DNA from: Gracilinanus agilis
Taxonomy: Eukaryota
DNA: 64,000 bases
Assembly: GCF_016433145.1 (NCBI RefSeq)
Contig: NC_058130.1
Span: 135,360,539 to 135,424,538, forward strand
Direction of reading: 5' to 3'
Position numbers and translations under genes: made by a program. Below are positions 22,691 through 34,745 of the stretch, piece after piece (positions within the stretch are counted from its first letter, which is position 1; each line of letters starts with the position of its first letter). Under the pieces are notes generated by a model. It made no database searches, had not been told where the DNA came from, and worked only from the letters and a program-made list of their open reading frames with translations.

Positions 22691-25600
22691 TTATGCGCCC
22701 AAATCCAGCAAAAGGTCAGGATTTGTAGATGTTAAGAATAGATAGACTCGACGGGATAGGTCAGGGCCAACTCTGCGGACCTGAATCTGATCATCTTTCT
22801 TCACTGCAATATCACTGAGCAGAGACAGGCGTTCCTGCTCTGTGGTACAAACTGCATATGCCTAAAGGGGCCCAGAGACCATGTACAAATTAGTAATGCC
22901 CACACCACCTTCCCTCCCTTTACCCAGCAACTTGGCACAAACTTTTTAAACCTCTTGTCTCTAGAGAAGGGGAGTGTCATCTGTTGCAGAAGGGGAAGGA
23001 AGGGACAGTGAGAAACTGCCTTTTTAGTCTTACTGAAATGATATTAGAACCCAATCCCTGGGCCTAGTTACTTGTAAGTAATCAGGGGAGTGGAAAGTCT
23101 TACCTGCCTCAGCAGATTTGGAGAAGGAAATGCAGTGATGACAGCATCTGCCATACTGGGACTGACTCGGTTGAACTGCTGGATCTGTCTTCGCCAAGCC
23201 TCTCGAAGACCCTTGCCATCCTGTGCCACACTCTCACCACCAGCCCACCTCCCCGAAGTACAAAAGGAGAAGGCCTGTGTTTCCATGTATTGTCTGCAGA
23301 TAAATACAACATGCCAGTTTCTAGGAGTCTAAGCTGCACAGTACCCCTCCTTAAGTGCCTTGCTTAGCAGACCCTGGGCATCCTTTTTTCTAATTTCCAC
23401 TTCTCTGAACCTACCACCCACTTTCTCTTAACTTTGGTCTGGTAGGCCTCATTTTCAAACTATTCATTACTGTTGCTTCTAAGAGTACAGCCTATTGGGA
23501 AGGCAGGCCAAGGGAACAATATGGATGATGGGGACTAGTATCCTCCAAGGGAAAGCATAGAACAAAGAGTCTTAAAATTAGAAGATTTTTGAGCTAGGAT
23601 GTATTTTTACAACTCATAAGGTTGTAGATTTAGAGCTAGAGGGGAGTCATCCATTATGACTTGCCATTTTGCAGATGAGACTGAAGTCCAAAGTAAAACA
23701 GATCAGAGATCTAGGACTTGCTGTCTACACAAAACCATAAGATGCTGAAGAGGTTGTAACCTAAATGGGCAGAGGAAGTTTCCTCATCTAGAGATTTCCT
23801 ATGCTAATGAAATCAGGGCTGTTGTAAAGATGAAATGAGAAATGAATGCTTAAAACACAAAGTTCTGACCATATGTAAGGTAGTAAGTACACCTGCTCTT
23901 CTAAAGGAATGGAAGTGATCCCCCTCATGACCCACCTAGCAAGGAGGCACTCACTTGTATGGTCGTTGGGCAATGGCCTTGGTTAATGCACACACGTGCT
24001 GGCTGAGCTCTTGCCAGGAATGTACTAGCAGCACAGCCAGGTTCTTATGTAGTTGCAGGAGTACCAAGGCCTATGGAAAAGGAAAGGACACAAGGGACCA
24101 AGAGCCCAGAATAAGGATGGGCTGCACCCCTTGGGAAGCAGCTTAATACCATGTAAAGAGTTATAGAACAGGCCAGTTTGCTTCCTGGCTGGTGATGTTC
24201 AGGGTTCCCATTATAAGACGCTGTGCCTTACCTGGCCAGGATGCAGGGTCATCCCTCGAAAGAAAAAGTCCCTCTCCCCCAGGTTGCCTTAGGGTCAGAA
24301 ATCAGCTTTTTTTCAGCAACAGAGTTTTTTACCTCTTCTACTTCCTGTTGGGTCATAGCCACCTTTGAGCTGGATGCCACTCCATCTGACTCTTGCTGAA
24401 CTCCCTTGACACCAGACTGGGAAAACCTGAGCAAAAACCATTTATGTCTTTCTGGTCAGTTCAAATTTCTTATCCCTTCCCACCCTTCTGAGAGAACACC
24501 TGCTTCTACTTGGGGTGGGATCCTGTATGGCTTGAGGATAGTCTGGGATAGCTAAGACTGAGGGAATCTAAGGAATGTCTCCCATCTTCCTACGCACTCA
24601 GGCTAAATGACAGCTTTCCTCTGTACCCTTTAGCCTCTGGAACACAGGGCAAAGCAAGAACTACCAGTGATAAGCTTCAAGTCCAATGACAGCCAGGTGG
24701 TAATGAGTCTGGCCAGCAGCATTCTCAGGTACAATCCAAGGAACAGAGCAAGCAGTGGGACATCCCTGCAACCAAAAGAAACTCCAGTTTGTATGTGGTA
24801 GAAACTTCCTCTAAAGTGAGGAAGAACAAGAAAAATGGGATCTTGTTTATGTTAAGTTTAACTTTTTCTTCAAACAATTTGCCTTCAATAAAGTCTAATG
24901 TGTCTATCAATGAACTTTGATAGTCTTTCTTGCTGATAAGCTAAGAGGCCACCATTAAGATCCTGTGTTTGGTCTTTTAGCTCAAAGAAAGAAAACCTTC
25001 CTCTTAGCCTAACCACCCACCTTCTCCCCCTTCACCCCCTTGAGTAAAATGCCAACAATTTCTGTTCTCTTGCTCTCTTCAAGGCCCTTTCTAGTTTGTC
25101 TATTCTCCAGAAGCTGCCTTTGCTTCTGGAATTGTATTGTGAAGCCAGACTCTGCCTGTTCTTCAAGCTCACCTGTAACTTTTTTCTAATAGAAAAAACA
25201 TTGGTGTCCCTTTTCTAAAACAACATTTTCTCCAAGGGAGATTAGGAAATCTGAGTGGCTAGCTTTGGTTAGAGCTATTAAGCAAAAAGAAGATTCTTGA
25301 GCAAGGGATGGTATATGGTTTAAAATCACTATTTTATAGCTAGATGAGATTTCAAACATTAGCTTAGTCTAATTTCTTACAGTCTGACTGGAGAAGTTAA
25401 AAAAAAAAAAAAGGAACCTCTGCATCTGAAGATGACCTCTCCCTGTTGCCAGCTTTAGATGTGAGTATATGGGGGTAGATGAGACAGGTTAGAAAACAGT
25501 TTATCATCTTGAATAGAGAGAAAGGCTGCCAAGGTGTGACTAACTCCCTCTCACAGTCCCCAGCACCTGTGCTAGTGAGGTTAGGCCTTTGAGAAATTCT

Positions 25601-28600
25601 TCTGGTTCCAGGACCATCAGTACTTCCTGAGCTTCTGCAACCCATAGTGCAGCAGGAGCAGCCTGTAGGGATACAACAGTTGTTGGCTGGATCAGAGCCC
25701 ACAACCTTAGGCTCTCAGAGCACTGACTCTAGAGCTGTCACTAGTCTATGAGCCAGCATCTTGCAGAACTGAGAAATATTCCAGAATTGCCTGGCAGTAC
25801 TGATAGAACTAAAGCATGCCTGTCATGGTGGAAAAAGGACAATCACTGAGGGAGTCGGCATTTCCTGGCTTGGATTCTGAGGTATAGCAAGAAGACTACT
25901 CACACTGCTCTGGCAGATGCTTGGCACTCTTCTCTTCCAGGTGAGACTTCGGACCCATGGCTGGGGCTCAATGACATACTCACATTTCAGGGAAACCAAA
26001 GCCTCTATTAGGACATCAGAGCCAGCATTTTCCAGGAGAGCTAGGAGGTTGAGCAAAACAAGGAGAAAAGATTACTATGAATTACCAGAAGTTCCAACAA
26101 GTACAATAGCTGCTTGTAATTCAGTTGGACAGTCTTCCTGTCTACTGCCATCCAATATGAATGATCACTGTTCTTTTTTATGACCACATTTCTGGTTGAC
26201 AAAGGGCTTGATGGGAGAACTGAGAAGGGAAGGGTGGAAGGAATCTTTACCTCTGGCAAGGTTTCCCAACCATTAGTCCTGACCAGTCTGTGGAAATTTT
26301 TATGCAGAGTAGTGCTGTGACAGGCAGGTTGCCTTCCCTAAATTCTCCAAAGTGATGTTCTGAACCTTATTCTTCCTCAAGTCTCCCCCACACCTATTTG
26401 TAGAGGCCTTGGACTCAAGCTTGAGAAAACAAAGTTAATTTACTATGACCTCTCTCCTTTTCCTTACTTTATATCTCAAAGCTCCTTGACATCATTCTCC
26501 CCTCCTTTATTTATATATTATGGGTTCTAAAACACACTGATGAACAGTGGCCTTTTGTACAGAGGCTATCCCCTCTACTTGTTTCCTTGGGGAGATTGCT
26601 CCTATTGTCCTTTTTGATCTCTCCCTATCCTAATCTTTAGTTGTTTCCTTTTAACTGGCCCAGGTCTTTGCTATACTTTAAAAAACCCTCAGTTAATTCT
26701 TCAAGCTATTGTATCTCTCTACATTTTAGAGCCAAACTCCTAAAGAAAGCTGTATAAACTTCTATAACTTTTTGCTTCCACTTCCTCTCCTTTTATTCAT
26801 CCCTTTCAGTTGGGCTTCTGACTTCATCTTTCAACTGAAACTGTTCTCTCCTAATGTATCACTTGCCAAATCCAATGCCAAATTCTTTATTAGTCCTTAT
26901 CCTTCTTTCTGCAGCATCTGACACTACTGACTATGTAGCATCCTGTATACTTTTTATCTGGGTTTTTGTGATGTTGCTTTTCCCTTCTCAGGCCATTCCT
27001 TTTCTATCTCCTTTGCTGGATCATCATCTGTTTCCTGTCCCCTAGTAGAGACTTCATCTTATAAAATCTTAATAATCTCATCAGTTTCTGTAAGTTCAAT
27101 TATCTCTATGTGGATGATTCCTAGATCTGTATATCCAAACTTCTGTCTTTTGAGCTCCATTCCTGCATGAAAAACGTATTGGACATTTCTACCTGAATGT
27201 CCCGTAGGCATTTCAAAAATCAACATGTACAAAATAGAACTTACTATATTTTCCCTCCAAGCCCACCCCTCTTCCAAATTTTCCTATTTTGCTTAAGGGT
27301 GCCACTAATCCTTCAGACATCTCAGAATCATCCATAGCTGTTTTCTCATCAGGCCCTCCGCCCCCTCCCATTCAGTCAGTTGCCAAGTCTTGTTTATTCT
27401 GTCTCCAAAACATTTCTAGCATCTGTTCTTTCTCCTTACATGGCCACCAACCTCGTTGAGTCCTGAGTCCTTTATCACTTCTAGGCCAAACTATGAAATA
27501 AATAGGCTCCTAATTGGTTGTCTTCTCACCAGTGACTCACACCTCCAATCTCACATTTTTAATTGCCAAAATGACATTCCTAAAAGCACAGTTCTAAATG
27601 TTCAAAAGACAACCAATGGTTACCTCTCACTTCTAAAATAAACTTCAAACTGCTATTTGGCTTTTAAAGCCCATCACTATTTGGCTCCAGCTCACTATTC
27701 CAGACTTTACTACACATTATTCCCCTTTCTGAACTCGCCAATCTGGTCATATTGGCCGTCTTACTTTTTCTCACAGATGACATTCCATTTCTGGGCCTTT
27801 GCTTGAAAGTGCTCTCCCCTCATCTTTGTCTTACAGAATTCCCAGCTTCATTCAAAGCTCAACTCAAGCACTACCTCCATCACCATGGCCCTCCACCCCA
27901 CTTTGCTATCCTAAATTATATTGTATTTACAGGTGTCTATAGTTTGCATTTGGCATACTATTTGTATCCATGTTGTTTTCTTAATAGAATGTAATCTTAC
28001 ACTTCATTTTGGTTTCCTCCTGGGAGGTTATGTACCAAATACTGAACTACATTCAAGAAGTTCCCCAATAATTAAAGGCGTTGGGCTACTGAATGATGTA
28101 ACAACTTGCTATTACAATTTTCAAAGCTCCCTAAGACATCCAGAAGTCTTCCTCAGATTTGGCCCGAATGCCTCGTGCTGACCCCATGGACAACTCCAGA
28201 GGGTCGGCCCACCTGGGTCCAGAAGGACAGTCAAGTGCTTCAGGCAACGGTCCGGCCGCATTAGCCGGAGGGCTTCAGCTGTTTCTTTCCTCTTCTGCCT
28301 TTCCAGCTCCTGGTTCTTCCTCCGGGCCTCGGCTCGAGTAGCAGCAGTCCCCAGCTCCTCTTGTACCTTTCTCCCCACCCTTTCCCGAGGCCCGGCTCGC
28401 CCCGGAGCAGCCACGGGACCGGCTGGGAGATCAAGGCCCCCAGGGCCCTTGGATTCGGCTCTCACCTCTCCTGGGTCACCAGGGCCCTCGGCACGGTAGC
28501 TGGATGGGCTCTCGGGCTCCGAGTCAGAGATTTCCCAGGTCACAGGCCGGCGTCCCGGTGGTTGGCGGCTGCTTCCTTTTCCCGGGGAGCCCCTGGACCC

Positions 28601-28609
28601 CACCTTCAT
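22691..28609 (-). CDS. EME2: EME2, non-catalytic subunit of the MUS81-EME2 structure-specific endonuclease (433 aa)
   Basis: exons on minus strand 28609-28213, 26040-25904, 25662-25567, 24765-24665, 24426-24333, 24070-23955, 23293-23104, 22861-22691; phases consistent, 1302 nt. Motifs TWEISDS, LEPEEFL, QAFSFC, RRVGPDLSRR, NPDLLLDLG match EME2. Start codon = first in-frame ATG (inferred). Confidence 0.94.
26790..28010 (+). mobile_element. ancient L2-like LINE 3' region in EME2 intron 1
   Basis: pyrimidine-rich, with L2-type motifs 'ccaaatccaatg', 'tctctatgtggatgattcc', 'tcaacatgtacaaaatagaactt'; boundaries approximate. Confidence 0.65.
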
Positions 28610-29620
28610 CTCGTCCAACCGCCCCACCTCTATCCTAAAGCTGCTCCCTTCTCGAACCGAGGCCCACCTTTCAATCCACCCCGTGGGCCCCGCCCCTAAA
28701 CTTCCGCTGCCTGGGCCACGCCTCCATACCACGCCTCTTGAGTTCGGACTTTCAAACTGTCTCTTCCATCCCTTTCCAGCTCTTTCCGTTAGGTCCGTGG
28801 TCCGGCCCCCCGTTGTCTCCTTCGTTGCTCCTCACCCTTTCTGCTCCAAGTTCTGCCATAACTAAGACCTCTCCTGCCCCACCTTCGCTTAAGGCTCCGC
28901 CCCTGTGTCCTCCATCCCCAGAAGGATATCTGCTCCGGATCTTCACTGTCACTACCTTGCCACTTCCTAAGGCTACCATTCTGTGCTGCAAACGCCGTGC
29001 CGGGCTTTTTTCCTTCTGGCGCGCGCCGCCCGGTCCCAGATACCGAGAACACCAGGTCCTTCCGGCGCGCGCCGCCCGGCCCCTGGCGCCGGGGACACCG
29101 GGTTCTTCCGGCTTTTGGGTTGCCGTGGGAGGCATTGCGGGTCTGACTGATGGTTTAGGTGATCTCCGCGCTCCGAGCAGCCTCAGATCAGTGCAGAGAC
29201 CGGAGGTCGGTGCCGGCGGTATGGGGCGGAAGAAAGTGCGGCCCCGGCTGATCGCGGAGCTGGCCCGCAAGGTTCGCGCCTATCGGGAGCTGAAGTCGCG
29301 GCCGCGAGACTCGGAGCGCTTCGCCCTGGACTACGAGACCATGACGCGGCCAAGGACCGGCCGCCGCCTACCCGAGCGGGCCTGGGTCGACGTGCGGAAC
29401 GAAAGCCGCCTTCTGCAGCTGCTCTGCCGCCTGCCGCTCTTCGGCCTAGGCCGCCTCGTCACGCGCAAGTCCTGGCTGTGGCAGTACGACGAGCCCTGCT
29501 ACTGGCGCCTCACTCGTGTCCGCGCGGACTACACGGCACCGGTGAGTGGGCCCGCTCCAACCCGGGGAACCCTCCCCAGCCTAGGCTGTTCCCGGCCCAC
29601 CCAGAATCACTGGCTCTAAA
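28150..29620. promoter_or_regulatory. CpG island / bidirectional promoter EME2(-)-MRPS34(+)
   Basis: ATGs at 28609 (-) and 29221 (+); GC box and ETS CTTCCG near 28690-28706; 23-bp near-perfect direct repeat at 29011-29033 and 29057-29079. Confidence 0.87.
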
Positions 29621-31104
29621 CTGAAAGAACCCCCATTACAAATGGAGACGCTAAGCCCGGAGAGAGCAAAGGGACTTTTTCTCAAGGTCACACCCCATGC
29701 GAGGCAGTGAAAGAGCAGGACTAGAGGCAGCTTTTTAGCACAGTGGATAGTGAGGCAAGCTTCGAGTGGAGCAACTTCCTAGCTCAGGCACTTAACCCTG
29801 ATTGTCTGGCCCTTGCTGCTCTTCTTTCTTAGAATTCATAGTAAGACAGTAAGGGTTAAAATTAAAAAAAAAAAAAAAAAAAAAGGCAAGGAGTAAAACT
29901 CTTGTGTCTGCTTCTTCAACAAAGCATACTTTTATTTGGGGGTAGGGAAGAATCCGTTTTAAAAACCTCTGTGGGGGGCAGCTGGGTAGCTCAGTGGATT
30001 GAGAGCCAGGCCTAGAGACAGGAGGTCCTGGGTTCAAGTTCGGCCTCAGACACTTCCCAGCTGTGTGACCCTGGGCAAGTCACTTGACCCCATTGCCTAC
30101 CCTTACCAATCTTCCACCTATAAGTCAATACACAGAAGTTAAGGGTTTAAAATTAAAAAAAAAAAAACAAAAACAAAAAAACCAAACCTCTGTTGCTACT
30201 CACCATAGACTAGTTTGTATCTTACCTATTTGTTACATTCTAGTTTATATTTGATTTATTTGTAGGTTTATCATCCCTGGGGTCAAGGAGTAGAAGTTGC
30301 AGAAGGAGACAAGAGTTTGACTCATTGTAAGAAACATCTTAACAAATAGCTGTCCAAAAGTGGAATGAGCTGCCTCTGGAGGTCTTACAGCAGATGTTGG
30401 ATAACCACTTGGTAGACACATAGAGGGAATTCCTGGTCATTTATGTGTCAGATTACATATTATCTGAGGTCCCTTCCACTTGAAATTCTATGATTCTATT
30501 TTTATGATTTATTTTATAATACCATGGGTTCATGCCCCTGGGCTGAGGTGGGAGGAATGGTTTGGAGAAGAGAATCTTTGTAACCCTGGATTAATTTCCC
30601 ATTCTCTTTGTCACTGCTTTCTAGAATTTGGATCATGGAAAGGCCTGGGGGATCCTGACCTTCCAAGGTAAGGAAAATGCAGGGCTAGGGCTCTGTGGCT
30701 GATTGCTGATTGATATATTTGTTCATGGGACAGGAGGTGTCTCCTGGTGTTGTCACCAGATACTTTATGGTGACAAGACTGACTATGTTAGCAATAGGCA
30801 CCCCATTTGCTTCAATTTTTCCCCAGGTAAGACAGAGAGCCAAGAAAAGGAGATTGACCAGGTCATGTACCATGATTGGAGGCTTGTGCCCAAGCATGAG
30901 GAAGAAGCCTTTAAGAACTTTATCCCAAAGTCAGAGGAAACTGTCAGATACGTGCCCTATCCTCCTTTGCTCCGGGCAATGATCTTTGCAGAACGACAGA
31001 AGCAGGGCAATCTCAGCACAGAGGAGCCCATGATAGATTTGGAGAAAAGAATTGTTTTTCAAGAGCAAGATGCCAAGAACCAAGCAGAGGGCACTCCAGT
31101 ATAA
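29221..31104 (+). CDS. MRPS34: mitochondrial ribosomal protein S34 (213 aa)
   Basis: exons 29221-29541, 30625-30667, 30827-31104; 642 nt. [19 protein letters not shown]...[14 protein letters not shown]...[13 protein letters not shown]...[11 protein letters not shown]...GTPV. Confidence 0.97.
29724..29884 (+). mobile_element. degenerate, internally deleted SINE
   Basis: head-like 'gaggcagc..tagcacagtggatag', 'cacttaacc', tail 'gtaagggttaaaatt(a)n'. Confidence 0.65.
29973..30183 (+). mobile_element. young SINE1_Mdo-like SINE in MRPS34 intron 1
   Basis: full head and tail, same tail variant as the 10256 copy; TSD AAACCTCTGT at 29963-29972 and 30184-30193. Confidence 0.93.
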
Positions 31105-31521
31105 AGGTCCTAAACAGCATGTTTGGCCATGAGCAGTGTGAACTTACCTTTGAAACACCCTTTTTAAAAGAAGAAGAATTTCAAGAATTTATATTTTAGA
31201 AATCCAGTTTTATATACTATGTCTCTGGTGAGGCACTGACTAACCTGAACCCATGGAGCCCATTCGGTAGAGGTCATGGTGAAGTTTAGAATTTTATAAA
31301 GCCTGTGTCCTTTTGCCATATCTCATTGTACCACCACTGAGTGTCCTACTCAGTTGGACCTCTTAATTTTCCTTGAGAAAGGTCTGGATATCTTTAGGAG
31401 AGGTCACAGAGGCAGAGGTGCCTCATGTGCTGCACAGCACATTGTGTTTGTCAGTCAAGTAGTCCAGTCTCTGCATGAAGCAGATAAAAGTACTCTCTTG
31501 AGCTTCCTTTACTTCTGTTTT

Positions 31522-31711
31522 TGTTTTTTTTTTTAAACCCTTGTACTTTGGTGTATTGTCTCATAGGTGGAAGATTGGTAAGGGTGGGCAATGGGGGTCA
31601 AGTGACTTGCCCAGGGGTCACACAGCTGGGAAGTGGCTGAGGCCGGGTTTGAACCTAGGACCTCCTGTCTCTAGGCCTGACTCTCACTCCACTGAGCTAC
31701 CCAGCTGCCCC
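31522..31711 (-). mobile_element. young SINE1_Mdo-like SINE in the probable MRPS34 3' UTR
   Basis: reverse-complement full-length copy; TSD TTTACTTCTGTTTT at 31508-31521 and 31713-31726. Confidence 0.92.
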
Positions 31712-31750
31712 TTTTACTTCTGTTTTACCATTCACTGGGAGCCATATACA

Positions 31751-31774
31751 AATAAATAATTCTGTACAAATAAA
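31751..31774 (+). terminator. MRPS34: tandem MRPS34 polyadenylation signals
   Basis: AATAAA at 31751-31756 and 31769-31774 followed by GT-rich 'gctgtgtggcttgtc'. Confidence 0.65.
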
Positions 31775-32150
31775 GGCAAACTCTTGCTGTGTGGCTTGTC
31801 TGGTTCTTAAGTCATCAAGATTCAAAAGCATGGGGAAGCTGCATTTTCATTTGTGAGCTGTGGAAGGGCCTTATGTGACTGCTGGATGCTGAGCCTGGGA
31901 GGTTTTTGTGGACCTATGTCTAAATTGCTACTTCTTCAGGGAAAATAGGTCCTGCTGTAAGAGTTAAAATTGGTTTTGGTCAAATTAAGAGTTATAAAAA
32001 TTTGTTGTGGTTGCTGTATATAAAAATTAACTCTTAAGTCATGAGGCTGTTAGTAGCTTTAGTAGCTTTATTACAGCAAGGTAGTGATAATAAAGAGAAG
32101 GAAATGTAGGAAGGAGGTAGAAAATATTGCCTAGCTAAATACCCTATAAT

Positions 32151-32823
32151 TGTTGATCCGGGTGAATCCAGCTCAACTCTGACAAAGGCTCCCTCACTCA
32201 GGTCCCAATCTCCAACCAGGAGTCACAGTGGTCTCTTAAGCAAGAGCCACCAATGCAGAATCCAAATGTTCACCAGAATCCAAAGTCCAAATCAGGAAGC
32301 CGAAATCAGAAGCAGAATCTGAAATGAGAATTGAAATGGGAATCCAAAATGGGAATGCCTGACTTCCTGTTGGGTCTTACTTATAAACCCTTTTCTCCAG
32401 CCAACAGTTTTCCCACATCACATCTCAGGAACCAATCATAGTTCCCTAATTTGTCTAGCACTGCTCAGGGTGGGCAGTGCTTGTGGGGATCCATTTCTAG
32501 TCTTTGAGAGTGTGAACTTCCTTTTCTAGTAAAAGGTTCTTCAAATACCTAAGTGTGAAAGGAGGGGCACTCCAAGTACTTGATTAAGTTAAAATAAACA
32601 GAGGAAGTTAAAAATTCCATTTCAACTCTAAAGAATCACTCTAGTGCAATTACTAATAATATGGAAATAGGTCTTGATCAACTACACATGTAAAACTCAG
32701 TGGAATTTCTCACTGGCTATGGGAGGGGGGGTGGGAGGAGGGGAGGGAAAGAACATGATTCATGTAACACTGGAAAAATGCCCAAAATTAATTAAATGAA
32801 CTTTAAAAAAATTCCCTTTCACA
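32151..32823 (-). mobile_element. solo LTR-like element with a nested L1 fragment
   Basis: TG...CA ends, CCAAT and TATA-like TTTATAAG near 32380-32440; orientation inferred; no outer TSD seen. Confidence 0.5.
32625..32806 (+). mobile_element. 5'-truncated L1 3' end inserted in the LTR
   Basis: marsupial L1 3' UTR pattern ('gggagggggggtgggagg..gaaagaacatgattcatgtaac'); near-perfect 15-bp TSD AAAAATTCC(A/C)TTTCA at 32610-32624 and 32807-32821. Confidence 0.75.
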
Positions 32824-33039
32824 CTGCCCTAAACTACTAGATTAACTCACTAAGGAAGATGACGTTCACAGATGTTAGAATGAGAATAATATAGGATGAT
32901 GGGTTATATAAAGTACATAATAATGTGTCAGGTTACATGTAGGAAGTCATAAGGGAAAGATATTTAAAGCTTCATGTTCCTTTTTTATAGAGTGATAACA
33001 TTCATAGCAGGTTTCTATAGTGCTTTATAACTTCCAAAT

Positions 33040-33715
33040 CTGATTTAGTAAACATATGTTAAGTGCCCACTATGTGATGTGCCAGGCAATGTGCTAAGCC
33101 CTGGGGTTAAAAATTACCAAAAAAAAAGATAGTTCCTGCCCTAATGGCTTTAACCAAACTTGGGAAGTTTGGAAGAGGAAGAGTTTTGGAGGAAGGATGA
33201 ATTCTATTTTGGTAATGATAATTTAAAGATGTCTTCAAGATATCCAATTTGAAATATCCAGTGGGCAATTTAATGAAGTTCAAGAGGGGTGACTGGAAAT
33301 GGAGATACAGAAAAATAAATATATATATGTATAACATACACACACACACACACACACATATAGATATAGATATAGATATATTTATTTATTTATTGGTATA
33401 AAGACGGGTAAATCCATGAGAGCTGGTGAGTTACCAAGAGAGTTGGGGGAGGAAAAAAGAGGACCCCAGATAGAATTTTGGGAAAAATCCAAGGTTGGGG
33501 GATGTGCTACGGGTGAGAAGCCAGCAAAGGAGATGGAAGAGTAGTAGCCAAAGGACAACAAGAAAGAAGTGTCATGAAAATCCAGAGAGAATATTTAGGA
33601 GAAAAGGGTACTTAACAGTGCCAAATGCAGCACATAGGTCCAAAAGGATGAGAATTGAAAGGCAAAAAAAGACATTTAGATAGGACAATTAAGAGATCAT
33701 TGGTAACTTTGGAGA
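33040..33715 (-). mobile_element. L2-like LINE fragment with embedded (CA)n/(TAGATA)n repeat
   Basis: 'aagtgcccactatgtg..ccaggcaatgtgctaag', 'tttgaaatatccagtgggcaattt'; microsatellite about 33336-33380. Confidence 0.6.
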
Positions 33716-34319
33716 GAAGTCAGAAGATGCAGAGTTCAAATCCAACCTCAGATCCTTGCTGGCTGAGTGGGCAAATCACCCCACTCCCGTGTTTTGCCTC
33801 AGTTTCCTCATCTGTAAAATGGGGATAAAATAGCAACTACCCCTCAAGGTTCTGTAATTTTAAAGCACCTGGCATATAGTAAGCATTATATTAAGTGTTA
33901 GCTATTATTATTAGATGAATCTCATTTCCTTTAATATATTCTAAAGCTATCACTCTTGCTCTGATTTTACTTTCCTCCATTTTCAATCTCTATATAGCCT
34001 TACCTTCTTGTCTTACAGACTCCTATTCCTTCCTAACTCTCAACCTTGATGCTCAATATCATCTTCCACTCTTATTCACATAGAACTAGAAGTCACAAAA
34101 CCAAGCTACCTGGGCCCAATTCCAATTTGTTATGTAATCTCAATGGGGCCTTTACCATGCCATGACAAGGCAGTACTGCTAATTCTCCCAGACTGATTTT
34201 TGATCCCACAACTGCTATTCCAAACTTTTTATCTTTAAGTCTACATCTTCCCTTTCTATCCCCTCCCCTCCCAACGCAGCTAAGGACCTTATAAAGATAA
34301 CCCCCCCTTGAAAAAAATA

Positions 34320-34452
34320 GGAAAAAAAACCCTTACCTTCTACCATAGAGTCAATACCAAGTATCATTTCCAAGGCAGAAGAATGGGTAAGGGCTAGGTG
34401 ATTGGGTGAAGTGACTTGCCCAGGGTCACACAACTAGGAAGTGTTTGAAGCC
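34320..34452 (-). mobile_element. SINE 3' part
   Basis: 'aaacccttaccttct...gtaagggctagg...aagtgacttgcccagggtcacaca'. Confidence 0.75.
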
Positions 34453-34465
34453 AGAACCTCTAGAG

Positions 34466-34633
34466 CAGGGGTTGGCAACCTTCTTGACCATGAGAGCCAT
34501 AAACGCCACATTTTTTTAAATGTAATTTCGTGAGAGCCATACAGTGCTCACAGTGCGCACTCCTGTAACAGCACCTGAAAAAAAAATTGACTTTATGGCT
34601 CCTGCAGAAAGAGCCATACGTTGCTGACCCCTG
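34466..34633. mobile_element. non-autonomous hAT (Charlie-type) MITE, second family
   Basis: TIRs CAGGGGTTGGCAAC / GTTGCTGACCCCTG; perfect 8-bp TSD CTCTAGAG at 34458-34465 and 34634-34641; internal GAGCCATA three times. Confidence 0.92.
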
Positions 34634-34708
34634 CTCTAGAGTCTTGAGACCTGTCAAGGCCCACCTCGACAGCTCCAGTTATCCTGAGAGGTGTGACAGT
34701 TTAGCAGA

Positions 34709-34745
34709 GAGAGACAGAGACAGAGACAGAGACAGAGAGAGAGTC
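34709..34745. repeat. (GAGACA)n simple repeat
   Basis: tandem hexamer. Confidence 0.9.

Noticed and set aside
25745-25818. Possible extra EME2 exon after 'catgacag'
   Set aside because: It reaches a stop, has no EME2 similarity and has no good donor. The real exon 3 is 25662-25567.
28610-28732. Upstream extension of EME2 (MVWRR...)
   Set aside because: The ORF track start is GTG and overlaps the core promoter motifs. The first in-frame ATG is at 28609.
28738-29220. Apparent 161-aa N-terminal extension of MRPS34 (293-aa ORF)
   Set aside because: It starts at TTG inside the bidirectional promoter. Homology begins at the ATG at 29221.
34440-34660. MITE nested inside the adjacent SINE
   Set aside because: SINE similarity does not resume after the right TSD, so nesting is not supported.
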